A stretch of DNA of 63,001 nt, counting the filler, from Basidiobolus ranarum (lineage: Eukaryota): the NCBI GenBank assembly GCA_040143965.1. It is 4 parts of 4 records of this genome, joined end to end, with 100 filler letters (N's around TTAATTAATTAA, not from the genome) between each part and the next. Parts side by side here need not be neighbours in the genome. Positions count along the whole stretch, not along the records: positions 15,868 to 31,604 come from JASJQH010007245.1; 3 more parts are not named here. One strand, 5' to 3'. Positions 16,834 through 29,603 of this stretch are shown piece by piece (the first letter of the stretch is position 1; the number at the start of each line of letters is the position of its first letter). The translations under genes and the position numbers were made by a program. The notes under the pieces were generated by a model, which had not been told where the DNA came from, did not search any database, and saw only the letters and a list, made by a program, of their open reading frames with translations.

Positions 16834-17370
16834 TCAATGATCTGGAAGTGGCGCAGGTGCATGGGCTGTCTTCAATATTTCGATGAAGGGAAGGAATCCA
16901 CGAGAGGCAGTCTGCCACTTAGTCCACTGGTAATGCTGGTTTCCAACGTCGACCAGTCGCTTCCAATGGTAAAATTCCTCTTCGGTGACATGGGTTTGAT
17001 ATTGAATGCATGTAAGGAATTCTCTCTCCATGATACATATTTCACGAGAATTAAGCCCTGTAACTGCCGACCAGATGCGGCTGTTGAAAGGCCTGTCTTC
17101 AATATATTTATGGGCAAGGAGTAGTGCTGTTGAGAAAGCGCGAATCTCTGATCCCTTACTTCCACCTAAATGGGGGCAGAGTTGCTTGAGACGTTGAAGG
17201 TACTTGAATGCTAAGTAAATGGTTGAAGGGGAGTTATCGCACCAGGAGAGAACTCTATCACAAAATGATTCAAGCATTGAGAAGTCGGAATCAACGGTCC
17301 CATACCACAACTTAACTACAAAGGAAGTGACGAATTTTGACGAGAAAATGCGATCACAGGAATGGATCAT
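16834..17370 (-). CDS. PHO85-type (PCL/Clg1-like) cyclin
   Basis: Cyclin box STIYLAFKYLQRL...RAFSTALLLAHKYIEDRPFNSRIWSAVTGLNSREICIMEREFL. Intronless 178 aa, with a TATAAAA about 45 bp upstream. Confidence 0.88.
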   Translation of the reverse strand: MIHSCDRIFSSKFVTSFVVKLWYGTVDSDFSMLESFCDRVLSWCDNSPSTIYLAFKYLQRLKQLCPHLGGSKGSEIRAFSTALLLAHKYIEDRPFNSRIWSAVTGLNSREICIMEREFLTCIQYQTHVTEEEFYHWKRLVDVGNQHYQWTKWQTASRGFLPFIEILKTAHAPAPLPDH

Positions 17371-19271
17371 CTTGTACGAATACTAATATTTTGGAGCGTC
17401 GGTGGCAAGCTTTTATAGGCTTTGAACAATCCTGTTAAATGACTTGCTCTATTACTGATCGAGATTAATGAAGTAATCATTATTGGTTTCAACGTAATCT
17501 TTTTTGGGATTTGGCCCAGACTTGGGTCTAATTTGTGCTACTTTATTTACTGAACAAAGTGGAATTGTTGTATTTTTAGAACCCGGTTCGGAGCTCCACC
17601 ATACGAAGGAGGAGAGAAGTATGAAAGTCCGAGGCATACGCTATAAACAGTTTCCTACATATTCACAGGGTGCTATGTCTTACTAGCAAATAAAGTTCTT
17701 AGGTCACATCAATTTGGAGGCAGCTCTAACATTTCTCACGAAGAACACCTGCCTACACGTATCTTCACCTTGCTTTATCCTAGCATAAGCTGGAGAATCA
17801 TACGTTGAGGATGACAAAGCTGTTAATGCAAGCACTTTCTTCAAACAAAGTGTAATCATAACAATACAGCTGGGATCTCACTTGTTAGCTATTGTCGTCT
17901 CACAATGCACCAGCTCTAGTCAAACAAGGATCATCACCAGTGCTGTAATTACTGTAGAACATCTGTTGCCAACATCTATTGCTCGACGTGTTAAGAACTT
18001 CTTTGTTGACTTTTTCGCTCGTTCATGTCACACTATGAGAATTACTCGAGCATGCTGGTAAATTAATCAAGCCACCTGTTTTATTGGCGAACGTATGTAA
18101 TTTGATTTCCGCGGTTCATCATTGGTCAATTTTGTACAGCAGGAATCATTAAATCACTGTAGTATTTGATACCATTAGCACCATCGGAAACGTATCAGGA
18201 ATGTATCGAGAATACTAATAACTTCATACATTAGTTAAGGTACATAGGTGTATGTGTATGTGTATGATACGTATTGAATAAACAAAGCGCCATTGAGTTT
18301 CAAAACTTACCAGAGATCTCATTCCCGCTTTATATATCTAAGTTTTATAGAGTGCTTAAACCTGCTTCTATGTTTATTCTAACCCTAACCCTAACCCACT
18401 TCTATGATTATGTATTTATCTAACCTAACCAGCTGTTGTGTTTAAAATCCCGGCTCAGCAACATTTGAGATGGGAGTTGCAAATCATTAATTCCGTACTG
18501 TTTTTCAAGATCCTCAACGAAGTTCCTCTGGACCAATCACTATGCAACTATATATATATCTTGCTCCAACTCCAATGGCATTGCTGAGAAGGTTTATCCA
18601 ATGACTTCCAAAGTGTTCTAATGGTTAAATAATCTAGAAATTCGCTTAAATCAACCCTTTTAAAGTAGCAATATTTCCCAGTTGAAATCAGCGCAATCTC
18701 TCTATCAACTATGGCCTGCCCTGACTGACTCATCGACTAGGCAGAAATAACATTCAAGTGCGTTGGGTTAGGCTAAATGCATGTCAGAGTCCAGCGCGGG
18801 ATAGGACTATTCTCCCCAATTCTCCCTAATTCTCTCAAGTATACAACTGCGTAACTAAGCATACAGAAAGAGCAACTCTCCCCAATAATCAAGTGAAATC
18901 CTAAACACCAAGTGCTCCTGCTTAATTGAGTGGGTTGATTCACAAATAAATATCGAATTGAAAACGTAGAATCCAAAATTGGTTCCATGTTTGTGCTTGG
19001 CCTTGATTTAGCAAACATAGTTAGACATGTTGATCCAATTTGATTCATAATAGATTGAAGACCAATCGAGAAATCCTAGCTCAATATAGTGATCTGTTGA
19101 GTGACTTTAAGAAGACTGCTTCACTAATTTAGATTTGCTCGGGCGGATTTTTCTTTCCACATATATATAATCTCACTTGGTCTAACTATCTAGAAATTTC
19201 ACATTTATTATTGTCTCTTACATTTCTGCTTGAACATATATCACTTTGTCTTTCGTTCAGTGAAGTGAACT

Positions 19272-20571
19272 ATGACCGTTGAGCAAAGTATTAAACCTAA
19301 ACGTTGGGAACAATTCGCAAGTTTTTTTAAAGTCTCCGAAAGCGCTAAACCAAATCTACGAGATCGTTGGAAATATCTTCTCACTCGTAAGCAGTCTGCT
19401 AATAAGGAACAACTTCTTGAAGACAGAGGTAATGAACCCTATAACTTTGTCAAAATAATCCCAGTATGACTTATTTCTCTTTATCGAAATCAACAGTTCG
19501 TCCAGAAGCCCTTTTTGGCGTCCCTTTACATATATCTACCAAGTATGCAAGTACGGTAGTTAACCTTGGTAGAAACGGAGGTTATTTAAACTGTTTGGTA
19601 CCAATAGTTATTGCTGAATGTGGTGCATTTCTCAAAAGCAATGGTAATAATTCCCCCTCATAGTTGAATATTATTGACAGCTGTAGTAATTGTATTTATG
19701 AGTAGGTGCCAATACCAAAGGAATATTCAGAATTAATGGCTCCTCTAGACGTGTGAGCCAGCTTCAAGAAATATTTAATACTGGTCCGACATTTGGCCTA
19801 GATATTTCATGGGAAGATTATACAGTGCATGATGTTGCCAACTTATTCCGTCGTTACTTAAATTGCTTGCCAGAACCAGTCATTTCACCTCACTTGTATT
19901 TTCTTTTCCGTAAAGCATACAGTAAGTGAATATCTTGTCGACCTTGAATTTTGACTTAATTCTAACTTTATCGAAAAGATGATCACCAAGATAATGATGA
20001 AGTACGAGTCATAGCTTTACAGAGCTTGTTACCTTATTTGCCACGACCCAACCAAATCCTCCTGCTGTATCTAGTGAATTTACTAGCCTATTTTGGAGAA
20101 CACAAAGAGACTACTCTTATGGACACTGGGAATCTTGCCACCATCTTTCAACCATGTATTTTGGCGCATCCTTCTCACACCCTCCAACCAGAAGAATATA
20201 GATATTCTTCGTTGATCGTAGAAGATTTGATCCATCATTCTAATCGACTAAAAGTTCCGCCATATCATGGCATACCTTTACCACCTCAACCGATAATCGA
20301 GTACGATTATAGCCAAAAGCCCACGAAAGCGAAAAAGATTGAGATCAAACAGAACCCTTTACCTAAACCACCCTTAAACCATCTTGTACGCTCGCTATCT
20401 GTAGGAAAACGCAAATATTCTAGGAAACATGGCCTTACTAGGTCAGATTCACAAAATTTCCTTCAAAAAGCCCAGGAACCATCAGACACTTACCAACCAC
20501 CATCCAGCAGGAATGTCAAAAGAAGCGCCACTTTACCAGGAAAGCAACGCAAAAGAATGGTGGAATACTAA
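19272..20571 (+). CDS. Rho GTPase-activating protein (RhoGAP, Sac7/Bag7-like), multi-exon
   Basis: LFGVPL, VPIVIAECGAFL, KGIFRINGS (arginine finger), YTVHDVANLFRRYLNCLPEPVI, TLMDTGNLATIFQPCIL. Confidence 0.92.
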
Positions 20572-21270
20572 TTCAGCATCAATTGACCCATTTCGAAGAA
20601 TGAAAAGGAGTCGGCTATTTGGAAAGCAAATAAGATCCCGATATTTACATCTTTGTTAAATATGTACAGTACATATTACCCTGTTTAATATATTGATCTC
20701 TAAACCTCTTGTGAATAGTCTCAGCATGACCTACAGAACGAAACCAATCAGTGTATTTTTACATCCTTTCATATATGTATTGCATTCAAGACAATAAAAC
20801 ATCCACTCAGTCATACAATATAGATCATTAATACATACGAAATCACCATCATTGATGTGTACCATAAACCTATTCTAGATTGCACCATATATATTTTAGG
20901 GATAGACGATGGAAGAGAGAGTATAAAAGAGGAAATTCAACTCCCACTCGTTTTAGAACACATATTATCTGTATCAAGTAACCATTTGGTTACTTTAAAC
21001 TATGATCCACACTATACATTCGTCCATCACCATCGAAACGGCTTTGGAAACATCTTGTTGCTAGGTTGCTACATATGGACAGCTATTACTTTACAACCAA
21101 TTAATGTCATTTGCAAGTGTCCCAGTCATCAGTCATATGGCTGATTTCAAATCACTGTCCTAGATGAAAGGACTGGCCAGTAATTGGGATGCTGAAACAT
21201 GAAGTTGATTGGAGATGTGCCCTCATCACTGATACTCTTGGGGATGCTTCTTCAGTGGGAGTATCTTTTG

Positions 21271-21335
21271 TAGTGTATGGTGTGTAGGTAGTGTATGGTG
21301 TTTAGGTAGTGTATGGTGTGTAGGTAGTGTAGGTT
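21271..21335. repeat. 18-bp tandem repeat (gtagtgtatggtgtgtag), about 3.5 copies
   Basis: Directly visible: tagtgtatggtgtgtagg tagtgtatggtgtttagg tagtgtatggtgtgtagg tagtgtagg. Confidence 0.85.
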
Positions 21336-22963
21336 GCGTAGACGACGATGGTACATACGTTAATGGTAAGTTGGGCTTATCTCCAAAATACTCATTAGTT
21401 ACGAATGGACAAAAGCAGTTGCGCCCTTAGTTGACACTTATCGAATCCAAGAGGACAATTTATTATCGAATCTAAGAGCGAGTTGGACAAGTACCTATTA
21501 CTCTTTGTGGCTTTGAAACCAACCGAGAGTAAATGTAGCAGTCCCAATATCGCTAACTTATCTCGTATAAGAATCTCTCGAATTCTTCATCTCCGTATAT
21601 ACAAGCAGGAATTCTATCACCAAACTGTAAGACTACATTCTATATTGAGTGAATCTATGATACCTTATCAAAAGCATTGGATGTTAATTGCACCTCAAAG
21701 ATGTTGTTGATGGTGCGGTTTATTTGCCTACTTGAATCCCAAGCAAATCTCACAATGTGTTAGTAATTGTCCGTGTAACTATCGCAGAAAAAGAGATAAG
21801 ATCGCCGAGACTCAAGTCCCACATTATCTAATTTCCTTTTAGAACAAATCCGATTCAGTTTTGGTGCACGAATGGGGTAGATTGATCAGACAAATACTCC
21901 CAATGAACCTTCTATTATGCCTAAACCATGATCCAAGCTGTGGTTTTCGGTTAATTACTGTGACTTGGAAGTAATATGCGGGTAAATAATTACTCGGTAT
22001 CTATTGTTGGATATTTGTTTTGCTAGAAGTGACTTGGTATCTGATTAACCTCTAAATTCAATTGGAATTTAAAGCACATTGAATAAATTTAGTATATTAG
22101 ACATTCATCCTTTTCGTGACTTTTAGCATGTAATTCACATGTATGTCTGCAATGAAAGAGTGTTAAATATTTTTAGATCAAGAGTTGGCTCGTGAGCAAA
22201 GAGAACGTTCAATATTTTGGTGACTTTGGTTAATTTCCTTAGTAATAGAAGAAAATATGAATATTGGATAGGCAATGAGTTATTCTAGGGAGAAAAATAA
22301 AGAATAATTCATATAATGTTGAAAGCATGCTAAAGAGTACTAAATGATAAATGTGCATATAAGGAATATGGGAGCAAGTTTATTATGTTTTATGTGTCCA
22401 TATATCGAATAAACTAGTGCACTTCAAAAGCTACTATTACATTGACTTGCTTGTACTCGTTCAAGCTTCTATATGTTAGTACTCATTCAAGCTTCTATAT
22501 ACGCTTCTATACATAGTTAGTTGATTGCAAGCTCATTGTATGGATCAGATCAAAAGTGTTATCACGCTATAGTGCCTAAATGGATTCTGAGTGACAGCAT
22601 AAACAGTTCCAGCTATCTATCTATATCAGAATATGAAGTTATCCCTACGTAATAATCGATGATTCAGATAATCAGAATGACTACAAGTACAGTTTGCGTA
22701 TTGACTGAGCTTAGGATCTCTTGATATATATATGTATAGCTAACTAGACTCAAAGTCGTTCTACATAGCTCAATGGGATTGGAGACAAGCATTAACAAGT
22801 CTATTATGATGCAATGCAATCTTTAGCACAGCTCTTCCTACTATTTAATTATTCTACAGTGAGATTTGTGTCATCATTGTATAATGATGTGATTATGTTA
22901 ACTATCTATATAAGCATCCCAGATACTTGGAGACTTCCCAGATACCCATTTTTTCTCGTTACC

Positions 22964-23707
22964 ATGTCCTTCTTTATCTCCCGTCTTGGTTCAAGATATA
23001 CCCAGCGTCTGCGCACACATCCACTGTCTACTTTGGCCGTGACTAATGGTGCATTGGCGATTGTTTCAGATATTCTTGCTCAAACTATCGCTAAGCCACC
23101 CAACCCTGCTCCTGATGAAGGTGATAAATTCATCAATACTCAAGCTGCCATAAATGAAGAAAAGTATAACTTCGCTCGCACCGCTCGTCTCTCTTTTTAT
23201 GGATTTGCCACTGCACCACTAATTAACCAATGGTACACCGTACTTGACAAAGGATTTCCTTTACCTAAAATCCAAGGTTCAACTAGAAGCAGCGTAGTGA
23301 AAGCCGTGATCAAACGTGTTGCTACTGATCAAATTCTTTTTGCACCATTTGGTCTGGCCCTATTCTTTACTTCTATCAGTATTTTAGAGAGTGCTACATG
23401 GGAAGGTATTAGAGACAAATTCAATAAGGTAGTTCCAAGTTACATTGTTCATCCTTAAGTAATTACTAACTTTCAATTGGAAAAGACTTATCTCCCTGCA
23501 CTTACAGCCAACTATCAATTATGGCCACTTGCACAGATGATAAACTTCTTCTATGTACCTTTAAAGCTTCGTGTACCTTTTGCTTCGACAGTGGGTGTCT
23601 TTTGGACGGCATACCTCAGTTGGTTGAATAGCCAGAATCCAGTTTTAGAGGATAACAAAAATCAGCATCGATTGGAGATTAACGATCCACACCTTGTAAA
23701 GGTATAG
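22964..23707 (+). CDS. SYM1: Mpv17/PMP22 family membrane protein (Sym1-like), 2 exons
   Basis: Y..RL..HPLST..VTNG.L...SD.LAQ, YNFARTAR, KRVATDQILFAP, YLPALTANYQLWPLAQMINFFYVP, FWTAYLSWLN. Intron starts at 23429. Confidence 0.88.
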
Positions 23708-25208
23708 TGCCTACAACGCTGTTGGTGTTCTTTCAAAGTTATCCTGAATGTACTGGTAACAGATGTGACGGTGATGTAGCCACTGATTCTGACACAGCCT
23801 TACACGCCTTTCTAAATTAAGATCCGTTATTACACAAACTGCCATATGGGTCGTGCAGTCTTTGTTAATCTAAGATTTACCTAAATGTTGCTTACACTCA
23901 TTGTGTTCACCCATTTCGTAATAATTTTGGTGAGCTATATATATATATACATACACATATACACTTCTCCAATGCAAGTTGGTTGGACAATAAAGCGCTT
24001 AAAGTCTTATTTATAACGCTACTAATTCAATATTATTGATTGGCTTGATTGAGAAGTTGGTATCACAGTTGATCTACTAAAGACTTGGAATTAATGACCC
24101 ATACGTTTCCTAACCCTAACCCTAAACTTCATCTCCTATTATTATTATAAGCACCTTTGTTCAATCGTAACCCTAGTTATCGACTCCAATACAATACGTA
24201 ATTCGATATAATCGAGGGAGAATATTCAGGATTACTAGGACGTGGAATGAAGAGTATTTAGTAAGGCATTTTAACTATCCCTAACCCTATCCCTATCCTT
24301 ACCTGAAGATCTCTTAGTTTATCGAATATTGGACAATAAATTAGACTGACAATGATTCTACATTCAGTATTCTAATGGACAGTTCATAGAATAGTAGTAG
24401 GTTCATGGATTCTCATCCTTCTCTCCTTCATATATTATATCTAATGCAGGAGTAACAATATTCATATGGCTGTTTGTTCTGACCAACCAAATGAGTACCA
24501 GAGCTAAGAGTGCCCAATCCTAGCCAAATCCAAAACAAAAGATGTTAAAATCATATGACTAGTGAAATCGCTTTGAATGCTGAACCACATTCTGAACCAC
24601 ATTCCGATCGGATCAGAAGAGTGTTTAGTTGTTTGTTTAGAGATGTGCACTATCTAAAATATCTTTACCCGATGCTTAACACAAGAGAACCGAATTAACC
24701 GGAATAAGCATCGTATCTGAGAGTGGTACTTAAGTTGTGGTTCTGATGAGTGTCCTTATCAAATTTTTCAAAGCGACTATTTTTTGCCACTGTTGACTAT
24801 TTTTTCTCCTGATATATTGGCCTAGCATTTGGGATCACGGTGGTCGGATCCAGCTCATATCTTACCTATTTTCGATTATTTTTTGGGCGCTTGACTTTGG
24901 TGCATATCGAACCATCACGTGATCAAGAATTTTACGTGAGCTGAAAGCAACCAAGTCAACACTATGGTGAAGACTAAAAAAGAATTGAAAACCTTCGAAT
25001 AGATTCAACTTTCTTATTGAGACTCCCTTTCCCAGAGAAAAAGTATTTTATTTTAAACTAGTTAGTCCGGCATATATATCTATTACTTGCTCTAATAGCC
25101 TGGACATATTGGGAATCTATCAACTTAATTTGAGATTAATACAAGAAAAGTGAGGTCCTTATCGTAACCCAATCTTTCAAAGTGACCACCCCGTACCTGT
25201 CCACCGCC

Positions 25209-27340
25209 ATGACCGCTTCTACTGGTAAAAGACGTAAAAGAACCGTAGATTGGAGCGAGTTCTATAAAAATGGCCCTCCTCAAGAAGTCATAGTGATCGA
25301 AGATTCTCCACCTCCACCGCCTTCCCTATCCATTCAAAGTCTCTGCCCACCAGAAACAAATGCCTCTGCCCTTTCTGCCAACAATCTCAGACCAGGTTAC
25401 CCCCACTCTTCGCTTTTACTTCAGCCTATACCACAGACTGCTGTTACCAAACGTCGGAAAAAAGAGGTCCCACAGGCTCAAACAAATAAGGTACCTTTTA
25501 CTTTTACAAATAACTCTTTAAATCAAGAAAAGGTAAGGCCATTCAATCAATTGTTGGACTCTTAGCTACTCGATCTTCTAGCTATGATTTCCAAATCCTT
25601 GGCCTCTGACAGCGCGTTCAATTCATACTTTGATGCAATATTGTACTTATGAATTTTTATTCGTCTTTAGGGACCTACTTCCACTGCCGCATCGACAAGC
25701 AAACAAAATGGGCAACACCCTCCATATGACGACAAAGAAGGACACTACATAATAGTCGAGAATGAAGATTTAACTCCGCGATGTAATATAAGAGTTGTTT
25801 GTACATTTCAACAAGTCGAAGAAAGCTAACCGAATTTTATATACAGATAAGATTATGCAACTCCTAGGACAAGGAACATTTGGGAAAGTTGTTGAATGTT
25901 GGGATCGTCTTAATCGTTCGTATTGTGCCATTAAGATCATTCGTGCTGTACAAAAATACCGAGACGCCTCTAAGATTGAAATCCGTGTTCTAAAAACTTT
26001 GAAAGACCGAGATCCTTTCAATTTAAAGTAAGTCTTGAACTTTTTTCTACTTACAAAGGTTTTCAACTGATTTTTGTTTTGTTGTTTACTTTATGAAGCA
26101 AATGCATCCATTTAAATGACTGCTTTGACTTCCGTAACCATATATGCATGGTGTTTGACCTTCTCAGTCAAAGTCTGTTCGATTTCCTTAAGGACAACAC
26201 ATTCGCTGCCTTTCCCCCTCATCATATCCAGCATTTTGCGAAGCAACTGCTTACCAGTGTTGCCTGTAAGTACTCTCTAACCATAATCAACAAAAATTCC
26301 ATCTAATGATTTTCTTTGGTTTTCAGTTCTTCACGACCTCCGTTTGACCCACACCGATTTGAAACCTGAGAATATATTACTCGTCAACAATGATAGTCGA
26401 GTAGTTCCATCTACGGTAAGCAATACAGCATCATGCTCTGTGTATTCGTGGTATTGATCTTCTTCATTTATAGCGATATAGCAACAAAACTATGAAGGTT
26501 CTGTTGGATACAGAAATTCGACTTATTGATTTTGGTAGCGCCACATTTGAAGAAGAGTATCACAGTTCAGTGGTTTCCACAAGGCATTATCGAGCTCCTG
26601 AGATCATTCTAGGTAAGTAGTATACATGGTGTCGCCTCTGGAACTTATCAGAGCACTAACATAATCACACTTGATGGCTGTAGGTACTGGCTGGTCTTAC
26701 CCTTGTGATATGTGGTCTATCGGATGTATTCTGGTTGAATTATTTACTGGTGATGCACTGTTCCAAACCCATGATAATCTCGAACATTTAGCGATGATGG
26801 AGATTGTCGTCGGGAAGACACCTGATCATATTATTAGAGGCCTAGGGTTAGTAACGAACTACATGCATGGTTTAATAGCTCAGTATATGGCCATGTTACT
26901 CATGATCGTTTATCTTTAGACGTACTACACAGAAGTACTTCAAAAATGGCCGTTTAGATTACCCCAATCCGGATACGAACCGTACGAGTCGCAAGTACGT
27001 CAAAAACATGAAACCTATAGAAGTAAGTGTTCGTAAGGTTTTGACCATTGACTTATGATTTGCTCACATTCCTTCCAATAATTAGTCCATTATTCCGCCC
27101 ACGACGAACTGCAACGCTTATCTTCTCGATCTAGTCAAAAAGATGCTGATATACGATACTTCACAACGTATCACCGCCCGGGAAGCTCTAAGACATCCAT
27201 ACTTTACGATTCAGTTTGATGAAGGAGGAAATGAAGTGATACCTCCTCCACAAACTCACTATCCCACTGTGGACTACTCGGCACGGCCAACCGGCCTTTC
27301 TAACGGATGGTCAACAAATAGTGGCTATGATATTCGGTAA
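25209..27340 (+). CDS. LAMMER dual-specificity kinase (CLK/Lkh1/Kns1 family), multi-exon
   Basis: [73 protein letters not shown] signature. Confidence 0.96.
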
Positions 27341-28769
27341 TTCTTCAAAGCCCAACCTAATCTTTCTTTCTCCGCTCTGCTTTTAAAATATGAATCTCGT
27401 AAGTTCAAACCTCTCATATCTACTCATATATCTATTAAAAGATGCGCTGGTCAGCCAAACTGGGCGTATCAGTATTAGACTTATGGCAGAGATATTTCAC
27501 TCATACTCTCCTCGATGATACCTATCAATAAAGGTTTATTCGAATTCTGCTAGGGCATCTGCCCTTCGTTCTTCACCATTCGGGCTATTAATTTTAGACG
27601 CACACCCTACCTTATTGAACCTACTTTTTCGAGAATTTCCATTTCTACCCTTGTTCACATCAACCCTCATTCTCGCTTTATTCATCAGCCATTCCTTGCA
27701 ACATGTGAGTATGAAAAGCATATATATTTAATTCTCGAATATAATTTTTTTTGGCCTCTATCAACCTTTCTTTATTTTTCAAAATGGTATTTTACTTCTG
27801 AGCTGTACAGTTCCCTCTTCTCTCCCTCTTCTATGCTTTTCTCCTTGGCAATTCCGAATTTATGATAATTAGATAATTGGTTCGTTCATACTCTCATGTT
27901 CTAACGACTATATAAATCTTCTACTTCCTGATATCTCGTTTGCTACTCTTTTTTTACCCTATCACTCCCATATCAAGTTATTAGAACTTTCTTCATGGAA
28001 TCACGTGACCCAATGATTTGTAAACATTGTTCGAATGATGTATTCGCATGATGTATTACTATATAAATACCGAGTTGGCGAATGAGTGAACCTACGTAAG
28101 ATAATTCGCACTTAGGGTTATTGGGTAAATATTGTTTAACGCCTTAGGGTTAGGGGCCTTCCTCGCTATGTCTTTGAAAGAGTCTTTGGTACATTAAGTA
28201 TCGCAATCTTGACTCACTCATTGATAACCCATTACTTTCCTATCAAACCTAATGGGTGGATGGTGTTTCAAGTGGGATTTTGTACATATCCAGAAGTAAT
28301 CAGCCTAAATAGAAATAGCTGCTGGTATAACACAATACAATAGACAAATAAGGACTAACTGAATATCACAGCAGAGTTGTATGATAATAAGCAGCGATGT
28401 GTGGCGTTTGGTATGTTTCGATGCATCTCTTTAAGAATAGGTGCGAATAGTTACTTCTACAACTATACTAATGGCTAATATCACATACTTGGATAAGATC
28501 CGAAGCATCGGATAATTTGTGATTACTGTATCGATATTTATGATTATTGTGCAAGCCCCCCTCATAGTTACTATGTAGATCTCTGAATAGATCCAAGTAA
28601 ACCTCCGTGACTTTACCTTCTAATTACTGCACTTTTATACTATAATTGTATATCATTAGGGTATAATAATAATCTTACGATGTGGGTGAGCGGTGCATCT
28701 TTACTCCTCCATATTGGGTTAGGGTTAGGAGCATTGATATATAAGTGATGTTGAGTGATGAAGGCAATT

Positions 28770-28828
28770 CATTTAGCACTCTATTTAGCACTCCATTTAG
28801 CACTCTATTTAGCACTCCATTGAGCACC
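28770..28828. repeat. 12-bp tandem repeat (atttagcactcY) x4-5 in the 5' leader of the downstream gene
   Basis: atttagcactct atttagcactcc atttagcactct atttagcactcc attgagcacc, lying between a TATATAA (about 28738) and the ATG at 28841. Confidence 0.85.
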
Positions 28829-28840
28829 AGGCAATCATAG

Positions 28841-29344
28841 ATGATTCAGAAATCCATGCTCTTCTCTTCATGGGCAATATTGATAAGCGCTATTGGCTTC
28901 TTTCTGTGTGTCGGCGCTCAACAGCCAACACAGTTCAAACCATCACCAACCGGACCATTCTTGTTCAATAGCATGGAGAACTTGAACGCTCCACGAGAGA
29001 GTCAGCAAAATACTTTTTTCTTCATGGTGAGCACTACTGCTACTAGCACTTCTCGAAGTTTCTTTACTTCAGTATCATCAAATCAAGCCACTAGGGTTAC
29101 CATATCAACTCAGACTACAATTCAAACCACTCTGCCAACTATTACTGGCGAAATACCACCTTTAAATAGAACCAACTCATTGGTCACTGGCTCAAGTTTG
29201 AAACGTTCTACACACACAGCTACAGCATACTTCGTAGATACTCTTGTCGTACCGGCTGCTTATAATACGGCACAACAATGCTCTGTATCTTATTTATTTA
29301 TATTGACAACCACAATCCTACTTTCGATTCCAAGAATCCTTTAA
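28841..29344 (+). CDS. Secreted Ser/Thr-rich protein, probably GPI-anchored cell-surface protein
   Basis: Hydrophobic N-terminal signal (ILISAIGFFLCVGA), Thr/Ser-rich core, hydrophobic C-terminus (YLFILTTTILLSIPRIL). Confidence 0.65.
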   Translation: MIQKSMLFSSWAILISAIGFFLCVGAQQPTQFKPSPTGPFLFNSMENLNAPRESQQNTFFFMVSTTATSTSRSFFTSVSSNQATRVTISTQTTIQTTLPTITGEIPPLNRTNSLVTGSSLKRSTHTATAYFVDTLVVPAAYNTAQQCSVSYLFILTTTILLSIPRIL

Positions 29345-29603
29345 GTATCGAGTTATTTAATAGATCCTTAATATAAATTAATAAATTTCAAATTCTATCA
29401 ATTTCTTGATTCCTTACTGTCTCAGATCAAGGAAGATTATTGACTATACTTAATTATGTACGTTTAAACCAAGTTAGAAAGTGTTATGAAGGGTTAGTTA
29501 CCTATCAAACAAAAACTAAGTCACCACTATCAACGATTACTTTGTCTTTACTTTTCTTTATCAAAAAGGTATTATTTGATATCACAAAGTTGACAAAAGC
29601 TCA

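Noticed and set aside
25182-25208. In-frame GTG giving a 9-aa N-terminal extension of the LAMMER kinase
   Set aside because: The ATG at 25209 has a strong context (ccaccgccATG), and nothing supports GTG use.
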